Positions 46,338-57,680 of a stretch of 64,000 nt of DNA are shown piece after piece. Source of the DNA: Dissostichus eleginoides (taxonomy: Eukaryota); assembly GCA_031216635.1 (NCBI GenBank), contig CM062274.1:26420913-26484912 (forward strand). The letters are read 5' to 3'. The stretch's first letter is position 1. Each line of letters begins with the position of its first letter. The position numbers and the translations under genes were made by a program. The notes below the pieces were generated by a model. The model ran no database searches. It was not told the DNA's origin and worked only from the letters and a program-made list of their open reading frames with translations.

Positions 46338-47290
46338 GTCTGTCCAAAACTTAATCGAACAACATGAAGATCCTGAATAAAAACACCTAAACTGATTCAA
46401 AGCTTAAAGGCTTACACTGCAACCAAAGTACAAAGGTGTGAAAAGAGGAAATGTAACAGGAAGAGAAACACATCACAACACAACAAAGCATTTATCTCTC
46501 GAATCATAACCTTGAGATGCCCATTGACTTTAAACACTTAAATATGTTGTTCTCATTTGCAAAATATTCAATATTTATTGCAATGTTCTTCTCTGGGTGA
46601 TTAATTTTTTTGGTAAATGTTTTTATTGATTTTCTTTCTTTTGACAAAAGCAAGTGATACAGATTCAGTAAGGATATATACACATACACATGCTAACAAA
46701 TCTTAATTTCAATCCCACCACTCTCCCACCCACCACCCATTAACCCATTGAGTTACAGGATACAGAGCCCTTTAACAGTAAATACAGTGTTTTCATAATT
46801 ACACTAGTTCAAGGGGGGCAAAGAAGGAAGAAAAAAAAAAAAGCACAGAGATAAACACAAAGAAAGAAAATTATAATAATGATAATGGAATAGAAAGAGA
46901 AAGAGAAAAATTATGAATCATAATATATAAATATATATTAAATGCTCACCACTCAATCCAACCTTATTCTTTATCAAGTGGATCTTGTAAGGAGTCATAG
47001 AAGTCCAGAAAGGGTTTCCATGTTCTAATAAAGGTGTTAAGGAGCCCCTGAGTAAGAACTTAATTTTCTCTAACTGTAAGAAGTACATAACATCTTTGAC
47101 CCACTGAGAAAAGGATGGAGGGGAATGTTGCTTCCATTTTAGAAGAATCAAACGTCTCGCAAGAAGTGTAGAAAAGGCTATAACTACATGGGCACTGTTT
47201 GGTAGGGTCTGGGTGATTTTTTGAGACTAGCTGTCACTCTATCCAGAGTGGCAACCTGTTTTCATATCGACTTTCTTCTTCTTCCTCCAG

Positions 47291-47561
47291 GCCTGAGCGT
47301 TGGGAGGAGGTGAAGAGGGCGGTGGACTGGGTCTGCTGGGCGGACCGGCAGTACCCGTGTGTCTACAGCCGGCTGGAGTTTGGATTCAGCTGGGAGTCCT
47401 CCACCCGCCAGCTGCTGGGCTTCGAAGGCCTCCCTCCCTTCTCCGCTCTCAGGGGGCTGAACCTGCAGAAGACCGTCCCCAGGTCCTGGTCCACTGAGCA
47501 GGATAGTGAGAGGGAGGTTCATACCCCTTTGCCTTTTTATGGGGATTACATAATCTATTAG
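47291..47561 (+). CDS. parp4: parp4 terminal coding exon 36 (stop TAG 47559-47561)
   Basis: Translation (R)PERWEEVKRAVDWVCWADRQYPCVYSRLEFGFSWESSTRQLLGFEGLPPFSALRGLNLQKTVPRSWSTEQDSEREVHTPLPFYGDYIIY* (human NIPWAFEAIKQASEWVRRTEGQYPSICPRLELGNDWDSATKQLLGLQPIS). Frame matches ORF 47310..47561. Confidence 0.82.
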
Positions 47562-50057
47562 ATGTATTTGTAGCCCTTTTATTGTCAGTGTGTTTACATG
47601 TTCTTAAATAGGTAGATAAAATTGGCTTACTGCAGACCGGATTTATTCAACTTAAACTGCTTCGGGCGGATGTCTACATATCGCCTTTTCTGCACATCAG
47701 CATCTTTTTTCAAATGTATTCCAATAAGGCGATAGCTTATACTGTTTTACACCGTGGGAAGAGTTGCACCCCTCGTCTTTCTTCTGACCGTTCCACCGTT
47801 TTGGTCAAGTTGAAAATATTTAAACTATTAAAGACGCTGTTGACGTCACTGTAGGAAATGACTGTCTCACTGTCAGATAGTAACCATCATAACAACGACC
47901 AAAGAGCCTGTTTGTTGGAGCAGATCTGCCGGTGAGTGTGTCGCCTATATCGTACCATACACATATCATCCTCCTCACTCTAAAGCTGAAAGCTGTGACG
48001 CTCAATCACACAAAATGTGAGAACAAGCATCCTCCTGTTTGTTCTCATAGACACAATGTCAAACAAATACATAGCAAAAATCGATAATAAAATCCAAGGG
48101 GTGAGGCTAGTCTGTCACACAACAATGGTGATACAGTGTCAAGATCTTGCTGTCATAGAAACAACAAAACAACCCTTGGAGCGTTATGTGGACACGCCCT
48201 TATTCGGGGGAAAGAGGATTTAAAGGCTAGATTACATTTCATGGCCATGTACACTGATAGTTATCATCTTGTTCACTTGCATGCAAGTCCACAACAATGC
48301 CTTCAGACAGAGATAGCATCATTGTGACCAGTGATCAAAGGGAAGGTCACGTATGGGTAGCAGTGTATTTGCATGTTTGTAATCATCCCCTCCCAAATAG
48401 TCAAAGTCTACTTCCTCTAAATATTTTACTGGTAAATGTAGTCACAGCTGTCTTCCCACAGTTGAACACACAGTCACATGTTATTATAAAATAAGGAAGC
48501 GGTGCCTTTGTGCCCAAAAAGGGTCAGTTTCTTGGAAACATCTTTGACTGACCTGCTGAATGTGTGTGTTGCTTCTCTGAGTAACCTTGTACATGTGAAT
48601 CTTTATTTGTCTTGTGTTTCATTTATAACTGCTGAAGCACCTTTTGATTATTTTAGTGTAGGATATAGGATATTCTTTCACAGTATATGCAGTTTTATAT
48701 CATGGTAGCGGTATAAATCAGGGTACAGTATAGTATTGTTCTGTAAATTCAATAAGAAGTGGATTAAAACAACCTGTTTTTGGATTATTTTCCTCTTTTA
48801 TTTGGAACTACAATATTAACAAAATCAACCGACTCACGAGAGACAAAGCCAAATACTCAAAACCTTTAAAATTCTGAATGTGAAACACGTTTTAAGGTTA
48901 AACGGTGCAAATAACTTTGACTTTGAAATACATATCAGTCTGACTTCAGTCAATGCAATATGAAGCACCATAAACATCCCACAAGTTTTAATTTCAATAT
49001 ATACCAAAAGAATATATCATTTCATATCATGTTTCATTCAAAAAAGTAAAGTAAAACTCCCTTTTTTTGAAGTACATTACAGTACTCGAGTAAATGTGTA
49101 CATTTTATATAGCTAGATCAGGAAATGGCAACTTTTTTATACAAGATAACACTTATTATAAAAATATGGTGGGTGTATTACATGTTCTCTGACAAGATAA
49201 AGCTCTTGCACACAACAACTTGCTGTTATCAGATAAAAAGCAGCTTTACCACTTCCCATTTTTTCTTAAAGGTCCCCTATCATGCAAAATGCACCTTTGA
49301 TGTCTTTTATACACACATATGTGTCCCCGGTGTGTAAGGAGACTCACAAAGTGTCAGAAAATACAACCCTTTCTCTTTTCCTCCGTACCCAAATCTCTAA
49401 AAATGGGGGTACAACGGAGCTGATCCAGATGTGCTGCGGTCATGACGGACATTACTGAAATGTGGGCTGGCTTTACACCCACGGCCCTATCAGAAACGTC
49501 GCTATCAGAAACAATGCCCGACTATTTTGGAAGTAATATGATCAATGTTTACATTAGCAAGCATCGCTAACACTCAGAGCTAACACTACTGGAGAGAGTA
49601 TGTGTAAAGAAGCAGGATATAAAAAGGTACTCCCCACTATATGTGTTTGTAATCATGAACAAAAATAAAATCTTTCAGTTCCCCAGTTGTCTTCATTTGT
49701 TTTCTTGTGTTTATCAGCATTGATTTAAGATCCCTGCTTTCACAACGATGTCAGCTAATACTCTTTTAAACTTGTCAAAGAGAGCTCTACGGGATCAGTA
49801 CATCTTGAATGTTATTAAACTTCATGGGTTGTTAAGACCATATGTCTCTATTTAACACAATGGACTCTATTATAACACTTATTTCAATGTGCTTCGAGAA
49901 TACTATGTTTTAATCATGGTAATGTCAATAAAGCTGATTTAAATTTGTCTTGACTCTCAGCGTTAGAAAAAAATAGCATTTCCTTATATATGTATATTGT
50001 TTTTTAGATAGATAATTATCTGGTACAGCAATAGGAAAATACTCTTAACACTTGAGA

Positions 50058-50155
50058 GTTGTGACTTCCTCAAAAAGAGACATTTTTTAGAAATTGAAAC
50101 CAACCAACACACTTTCCTCAGTCACATACTTCAATACTTGACATTCCCATGAGCG
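50058..50155 (+). promoter_or_regulatory. Proximal promoter of lectin gene 1 (PU.1/ETS box + ISRE-like GAAATTGAAACC)
   Basis: gtgacttcctcaaaaagag is the reverse complement of a PU-box (CTTTTTGAGGAAGT). GAAATTGAAACC at ~50090 matches the ISRE/IRF consensus GAAANNGAAAC. A second GGAA lies at 50113. The block is conserved in the paralog upstream region 61477-61600. Confidence 0.5.
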
Positions 50156-50225
50156 ATGGAGGAAATCTATCTCAACCTTGACGATGTCAAACCCCTAAGC
50201 TCAAGATCATCAACAAAACAAGAAG
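50156..50225 (+). CDS. C-type lectin gene 1, exon 1 (cytoplasmic tail)
   Basis: Translation MEEIYLNLDDVKPLSSRSSTKQE, ATG at 50156, donor gaag|gtaagg. The paralogous exon sits at 61601. Confidence 0.8.
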
Positions 50226-50297
50226 GTAAGGGTCAGTCAGACAGAGTGAGCTGTGGATTTTGGATTTATTATACTCCCTGGTTTTCTCTGTGTTCAG

Positions 50298-50387
50298 GTC
50301 CCAGCAGATTTCCCCCAGCGTCTGTTCTCGGTCTGGGGCTGCTGGTTGTTTTCCTGCTGGCTGGACTCATCGGCCTCGCTGTCCACC
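50298..50387 (+). CDS. C-type lectin gene 1, exon 2 (transmembrane segment)
   Basis: Translation GPSRFPPASVLGLGLLVVFLLAGLIGLAVH is a hydrophobic signal-anchor typical of type II C-type lectin receptors. Donor cacc|gtgagt. Confidence 0.8.
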
Positions 50388-50605
50388 GTGAGTCTTATTT
50401 TTAATATATATATTATATTAGTTTCATAAGTCATTTTGAACGTGTGATTTTAAGGAGCAATATTCTGCTCTGAAAGATGCACATTTGACCAAAACATCTA
50501 TTGTTTTTCTATTTTTCTCCTAGGGCGAAAGTAGATAACATTCACTTTGGTTTGTGTCAGTCGGATTGCATCAGGTAATTTAAGAAACATCTTTTTTCAT
50601 TTCAG

Positions 50606-50793
50606 ACCATAACTCAGTAGGTGGCGCAGCTGCAGATCTCTCCGCTGTCAAAGCAAACCTGACGTTTGACGTGAGCGTCTCCAGGCCAGAGATCAGCTGC
50701 TCTACTCAGTGACTGAAGAGAGAGACAGACTGAATGCCAACCTCACTGAAAAGACCAGAGAGGTTGACAGGCTTCAGAGTTTGTCCAAACAGA
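50606..50793 (+). CDS. C-type lectin gene 1, neck exon (frame-inconsistent; possible internal acceptor at 50710)
   Basis: Homologous to the lectin-2 neck exon, with a single ...LQARDQL...NANLTEKTREVDRLQSLSKQ unit. Using the canonical acceptor cattcag|acc gives an in-frame TGA at 50710. Only the internal acceptor ctactcag|tg restores the frame shared with the donor caga|gtgagt. Confidence 0.5.
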
Positions 50794-51439
50794 GTGAGTG
50801 CTTTTCTATGACGGTTTTGCACAGGGCTGGGCAATATGGATTATATCAATTGTCATGATATTTTTGAGCAAATACCTCAATATTGCATCGATATTCTAAG
50901 GTTGGCAATTGCTCCTTTGAAATAATAACATGAGCGTACCAGAGAATGTCATTGGAAATGTTATAATGTGATTGAACAAAGATATAATGCAAACTTAAAA
51001 AGGTCAAAGACAAAAGATGTTACACTCTACAATGATGTCTTCATACTAGCGTGTTGTCTTTTCATAAAAATATGAAAAGATAACATGCCAACTTACTATA
51101 TGATGAAATCCAAAGTTCAACAAACTTATCTATTATTGTTGGACAATATCAATATATTGCCAAACCCTTCTGCATAAAAGTGTAGAACACCTTATTTTAC
51201 TCTCAGCACCTTTTCTTCACTCTCTGTTAATTTAATCATACATTTTTTTTATGTGTACAGCCCTTTAAAAAAAATCTTAGTAACATCATTTTAAAAGCTA
51301 AAAAGCTTCAGTCCCATCACTTCACATAATTATAAGATTGTGAATAACTAAATATCTCTTTATTAGGATGTTTTAAAAATGTTGACACCTTGTATTCTGC
51401 ACATTTTTAACTGCTCTCTTTTTATAGGTTCTGTCCCTG

Positions 51440-51840
51440 AAACTGCGCTGGTTCAGCCATTTCTAAAAAAGCCCTCACTTGATTCCCCATTCTTAAACAT
51501 TTTAGACATATTTCCAAGCTCCCATTTTTAGATAAAGTTTTAGAAAAAACTGTAGCAGAATAATTGTTAGCTTTTATCAATGACAACAATATTTTAGAGA
51601 AATTCTAATCTGGCTTTAGAAAAATTCATAGTACTGAAACGGCTCTTTTTGAAGTTTTTAATGACTTGTGTGATTTTATTTGTAGGCTTATTATATTTAT
51701 TTTCTATGTGTTTTTATGTTTACATGCTGTTGTTTAATTATCTAGCTCACCGTGTATTTTTATGTTAGAGCACTTTGTAACTGTGTTTTGAAAGGTGCTA
51801 TATAAATAAAGTGTATTATTATTATTATTATTATTTATAT
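51440..51840 (+). mobile_element. Second copy of the non-LTR 3' fragment family (in lectin-1 intron)
   Basis: Ends ...ttagagcactttgtaactgtgttttgaaaggtgctatataaataaagtgtattattattattattattt (tail + (TTA)n). Confidence 0.45.
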
Positions 51841-52222
51841 GGTGATCTACAAGATATATTTCCCAGGAATGTTTTTTATATCATCTTCCTTTTTTGATGT
51901 CATGTCAGTCAAAATTACCGCCTTTATTGCAGTATTTTTTTACTTGATTCATTAAGCAATTGGACTTATAGTACCGAGTAAGGAATCATAACAGACTCTT
52001 AAAATGATGCAGAGTGAGAGAAGTTTTATCCTTTGTCCCATGCAATGATACCGGTCTATCAGAATAGATCTTGGCTACCATCAACAATGCTTATTGAATA
52101 TGTATTTTTCAAAATCACACAAGGGACAAGAATGCTCTAAGAGTTGAATATTTCAGCAAGGAGTCAACTAAATCTTACAACTCAAAAGAAGGTAATAAGG
52201 CATGTCTTGTGTTTTTTTGCAG

Positions 52223-52365
52223 AGAAAACGTGTCCTGCAGGATGGAGGATGGTCGGTTGTGTCTGTTATCTCCTCTCTACGGGGAAAGCTTCATGGGAAC
52301 AAAGCAGACAAAACTGCAGAGCCAGAGGAGCAGATCTGGTGATCGTAGACAGTAATGAAGAACAG
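52223..52365 (+). CDS. C-type lectin gene 1, CTLD exon A
   Basis: Translation KKTCPAGWRMVGCVCYLLSTGKASWEQSRQNCRARGADLVIVDSNEEQ (CTLD CPxGW...CY...W..S...C...GA.L..I.S.EEQ). Frame matches ORF 52144..52437. Confidence 0.85.
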
Positions 52366-53939
52366 GTAATGTGTGCTGCTTTAACAATTTATTGTTTTAC
52401 TTATCTGAATCATATACAGAATATAAAGGTTCTTTAATTGAATAGGTGCCAATGTATATTGAATAATTAAAATTAACAAAACTTTGATTTTATATTTTTT
52501 ATATGGTGGTTTTATCTATCATTTAGCTTATTTATTACTTATCTACTTCACAGCTGTGTGTTATCGTTACTGGCTTTTATGCACAATGAGTTATTTTACT
52601 TTTGATACTTCAAGTTTATTTTTATGCTAATACTTTAGTGTTTAAGTACAAATGTTCCCAAAGATGACCACACCCCTTTGTACTACACTGCGTTCAATTG
52701 TGTTTTTATTGCATGCTTTTATGTGTATCTTTCATACGTATCATTTAGATTAGATTACAAAAATGAAATGTATGATTTATGTGTAACGACTGAATGAACA
52801 CCAGTAGAGGACTCAATAGTGTTGTGTTCAAAATTCCAGGAAAGACAGACAACTTCTAAGTTTAACTATTTATTATAAGAGAGCAAAATATATATATTCA
52901 CTTGGCCAAGGACTCCGTCACGTCATAGAAATCACAGGCAGCAAAGCTGTAATCTGTAACCTTGGTTTAGACTTTGGCTCTCTCTTGTTGGTACACAGAC
53001 TCAGATAAGGTCTCTTGGCAACACGACCTTCCAATCAGCATTCGGCCGGCCGGCGAAGTCCCTCCCTATACTATCCGCTATCCTAGTAATTTGTTTTCAC
53101 TAAAGCTGCTTTGCAGGCATATAGTGGAATCCTTCATTTACACTGCTTCCTAGCTATGCGTGGGTGCGAAGCTCCCATACAACTCGAGGCCGGAGCGATG
53201 TCCTGTGTATGAATAACTCTTTGTATGCTTCCAGTGTCTGCACCTGACCTTGCTACTCTGTATTGCAGGCTAAAACTTTCTTATGTGACTTTTCCCTTCG
53301 TTTCCTATACAATCCATCAAACCTTGGGATTGGTGATTTTGTCTATTTATTCCAAAGTCACATCAACATAAAATGAGCACAATAAGCTTATAATGTAATA
53401 ATAAGAATCAGTCTTTCTAATGTTATACAAAAATAGACTCCACAATAGCACGACTCAGGGACAGAGGCTTAGGTTGCAAAAAGGTCTTTATAGCAGAGGC
53501 TCGGCACACGGGAGATCAGTCAGTAAGGCAACCAAAACAGGTGAGGATTAGGCAGGAACAGGGTCAGGACACGAAGCTGGGTCAGGTACACGTGGAAACA
53601 AGATACTAGTAGGAATAAACACTGCTGGAATGCTAGGAATAACAAAGACGAACTGGCACTGAGGGGAATGTGGACGCAGACTAAATAGACAGGGGGAGGG
53701 ATGATAATGGGGCACAGGTGAGGCTAATTAGGGATGGGAAGCAGGTGGAGTTCAATCAAGGGCAAGAAAGCTGAAACTGAAATGAGAGAAACAAAATAAA
53801 AACAGGAATACTGTAATAACAAAAACATCAACATGCTGGCTAGGGCCTTACATTATGTCTGAGTTAGTTAGAAGGGAATAGTTATCCGAATGTCGATGTT
53901 GATCCCTGTAAACTTCATTTATAATATGTTTAAGACTAA

Positions 53940-54128
53940 GGCCCGTCCACACGGAGAAGAAACCAAGACGAAACCGATTTCGAACTGAAGTCGTTTTCAA
54001 AAAAGTCTTCCGTCCAAACGAAACCGCTCGAAACCGCTGGAGAGGCTGTAGTACATATGCCGGGCCTGTAAGTGGCGCTGTACTTCCGCCACAAAATACA
54101 CCAAAAGCAGCGAATAAGACCGATGATG

Positions 54129-54174
<46 letters not shown>

Positions 54175-54566
54175 CATTATTGTTGCTGATGGTTGTGGTA
54201 GAGGAGCTGTAGATTTTTCACTAACATCTGTATCATGGTCGGTAGCGTCTGGAGCATGAATGCAACCCTGTGATCCGCCATTGTTGTTGTTGTTGGCGAA
54301 ACGCATCAGCAATGACGCGGGGTGAGCAGGAGAGGTGGGGAGAGGCGGGGCTATGGCGTCATCGATTCAGGAAATGATCGTATAGGGCGTATACACGGAG
54401 CTGCAAGCGTTTCGTCTCCAGACTTACCCACTTTGGGAGCCGTTTTCAAAGTGTATCGGTTTCGGGCTCCGAAGCCGCGGCTCCGTTTCGGCTTCGTGTG
54501 GACAAACCGTCTACGATAAAGAACTTTAGCGGATGCAACTGAAATCGTCTCCGTGTGGATGGGGCC
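53940..54566 (+). mobile_element. TIR element (GGCCCGTCCACACGGAGA termini) containing (ATT)n
   Basis: 5' ggcccgtccacacggagaag ... 3' tctccgtgtggatggggcc are perfect ~17-bp inverted termini. Internal (ATT)14 at 54130-54172. In lectin-1 intron 4. Confidence 0.65.
54130..54172. repeat. (ATT)n microsatellite
   Basis: (att)x14 inside the TIR element 53940-54566. Confidence 0.95.
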
Positions 54567-54608
54567 TAAGACATCAGGACCTTTTATATTAATATTTTTC
54601 TTTTACAG

Positions 54609-54712
54609 AAGTTCATGACCAGCATGATCAAGGAACCAACTTGGATTGGGTTGAATGACATAGACCAAGAGGGGACCTGGAAATGGGTCGATGGATCTCT
54701 ACTGACTCAGAA
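54609..54712 (+). CDS. C-type lectin gene 1, CTLD exon B
   Basis: Translation [34 protein letters not shown] (WIGL.D...EG.W.WVDGS). Acceptor ttttacag|, donor cagaa|gtaagg. Confidence 0.85.
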
Positions 54713-55856
54713 GTAAGGCATAGTTGATATTATAGGTGCCTTCATACTATAGCTGTGCGTTACATGGCTTTTTTGTATGACTGTCTAAACATAATTATTA
54801 ATTGTTAATACTTTTCTGAATTTACGGAACCCAAGTCTAGAAACTGCTGATCATAACCATTCAACGTTTTTGTTGTATTTAAGAGAATAATGAAAGGGGT
54901 GTCTTAATAAAAATGAGGTGTGCTTCTTTTTTTTCTTGAATCAGCAATTTGCCCCAAAATAGAGGAAAGCAGGCAGTGAAAGTACATCAGAAGTGTGGGG
55001 GACTTCAACAAATTGACGAAACATGCATTGAACATTTGACCTTGGGAATAAAATTGGTGGGAAGCCAAAACTCCAAAGTAGATTTTACTAGAAATTAGGG
55101 GATGGGGGAAATAATTGATACAGCATAGTATCGCGATACTTTGCGTGGCGATATTGTATAGATATACGGACGCCAAGTATCGATATTTTATTATATAAAC
55201 TGTAGCATATCCCTCGGAAAGATGGTCGTACACTTGACTGATGATTTCAAATGTATTGAAAACTCCAAAAACCAACGTAAGAGCTACACAAAGAAACAAA
55301 ACAACAAATACACTTAGGCTACATCCATATGAGCATGACTTTAGAATACCATTAAACAAGAGAACTTCAAATAGTTAGCAAAGTTATAATACATAAACGA
55401 ATTAAGACACAAACCACATTTTTATATTACAGTTAACACTAACCTTGTGCCTCTTCGGGGGGTGCTAATACTTAAATGTAAACTTTATCTTTGATATCGC
55501 CGTATTTAAAGGTTGGTATCTCTGTTAATATCTGTACTTTATCTCCGTTCTTTTCCAACGTCAAGTTTTTGCTTTGGGAACAGTAACTTCCTGCTAATAG
55601 CGCAAAGTCGCCTTCAAAATAAAAGCATGTCTATATAAAACAGGAAGTTACGTTAAGACATGTATACAATTGCAATGAAAGCAACAAAAACAATGCCATC
55701 TCCTTTTCAGGTTCAATGAACACAAATTAGGTTATTTACATAAACTATTCATATTGCAAATACATTTTTTAAAGGGAAGACGGACATGGATATGCAATAT
55801 ATCGTATCGCAATACTTAGCATATCGTAGAACCGCAATACTTTCGTATCGTGTCTT

Positions 55857-56243
55857 AAAGGTGGGGTAGGTAATTCGCTTCAGAAACACTTTTTGTTATA
55901 TTCCATGGAATGCTCTTAACATCCGATAGCAATGAATATATTAAATGCTTTGACAATAAACACATTAAAAAATGTCATCTGTGGAAGCCGTGGCGCTGCA
56001 AAAAGCACGACCAATCATCTGAGCCGGCCCGGCCAAAATAACTGGATGGCCTACCTGCCTGTCAGCCTTCCATCTGTGCACAAACTTATCTCGTGCTCTC
56101 ATTGGTCATGTGCGCGTTCGTGTGTGTTGGAGGAGGGGCTCTGTAAGGAAGTCTGAAGGAAGGGGCAGATTTTTTTCGACTGCGTACTTTCAAATTCTAG
56201 CGCACTCGAGCTGGTTTCTCCATTCTTACCTACCCTACCTTTA
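55857..56243 (+). mobile_element. MITE family A copy (in lectin-1 intron 5)
   Basis: aaaggtggggtaggtaattcgcttcag ... ctcgagctggtttctccattcttacctaccctaccttt. Flanked by tatcgcgata / (GTATC)n-like palindromic repeats at 55100-55200, 55800-55856 and 56245-56290. Confidence 0.6.
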
Positions 56244-56599
56244 AGTATCGCGATAGTATCGTATCGTATCGTATCGCGGGGAGCCTGGTGATTCCCACCC
56301 CTGCTAGAAATACATAAAGCTGCATTTATGATGTTTTGGCATCATGTGGAAGCTGTGGATTGCTTGATTGGAATCAGAAGTAAAGGTCTGTGTTTCGATG
56401 CCCAGCCCATACAATTAACATGTTGTTGTGTTGATGTGTTATTGAACCCCACAAGCAATTGGCATAACCAAATGTGTGGGGATTTTGGTCTCTTTGAGCA
56501 TGGGTGTAAATGGGTGAATGCTATATGTAAAAAGCATTTAAATGCAGTTCAAGTTGGGGGGAGGTATCCTCAAAAACTAACTTTTGTATGACTTCCTAG

Positions 56600-56753
56600 G
56601 TACTGGGGAAAGCCACCTGATAATGGTAATGGTGATCCTAAGTGGGGTGAAGAGGACTGTGCATGTCTTGTAAATAACTGGAATGGTGAAAACAACTGGA
56701 ATGATCTGCGGTGTACTACCCCTCTGCAATGGATCTGTGAAAAAATACTGTAG
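56600..56753 (+). CDS. C-type lectin gene 1, CTLD exon C (stop TAG 56751-56753)
   Basis: Translation YWGKPPDNGNGDPKWGEEDCACLVNNWNGENNWNDLRCTTPLQWICEKIL*, with the WND and conserved Cys. There is no canonical EPN/QPD triplet. Confidence 0.85.
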
Positions 56754-57680
56754 CTTGTGTCTGTGAGGCAGTGGGTTTGTCTTCCCATTGGAAGGTTGTG
56801 GGTCCGATCCCAGCTCCTGCCGTCCTCAAGTCGATGTATCCCACTTAACCCCAGATTAATCCCTTATGAATGTTAGCTTCCTTGAGCTGGTGGCATTTAG
56901 TTTGGCTGCCCCTGCCTATGAATATGAGAGGATGCTAGATATGTACAGTATATACAGTATGTATGCTTTGAGGAGTTGTAAAGATTGGATAAGCAATATA
57001 TAAAATGCTATCAATTTACCAATACATTTTTTACTACTTTTACAATTGATGCAAAATGACTTCAAAAGTGCTTTTGTATTTGCTAAACTGTATATATAGA
57101 GAAAGAGAGTCTACATCAACAAGTGGTTGGAGGTCAGGAATGAAGTTATTGGTTTGAGTTTTGGCCAAATGTGACTGCTTGTTACTGGGAATATTAACCA
57201 TGGGAAATTAGGATGTTTAGCATGTTTTATACATGCTCATGATCATCATATGCAATTAAAAAAAAGCTACATATTGTACCGCTTATATGCTATGAAATAA
57301 TAAACGTTGTCCTGAAATGCATTTATTAGGATAATAAAGTTGACTTTAGCTGTTCCAATCACAAGTTCATATTTGTATTTTTTGCCTCTACTGTGACATG
57401 TTTCCATGCTTTAATGTTCAAAAAGCTCTTTATTTTTCTCATACTGCCTGTGCTGCAGCACCTCTTTTCACCCTCTGTCTGAAACCAGAGCCCAGTCTGC
57501 TCTGATTGGTTAGCTAGCCGGCTCCGTTGTGATTGGATATGACATTGTATGCACCTGTCCTCTGGTTGAACTCCTGATACCAAGGGTGACGTGGGAAGGT
57601 TGCTTACGTAGGACAAAGCAAATAAATACGCACAGACAAGGCGTCCTCGTGGGCCGGCATGACCAGATGCTCAGAAGGTT

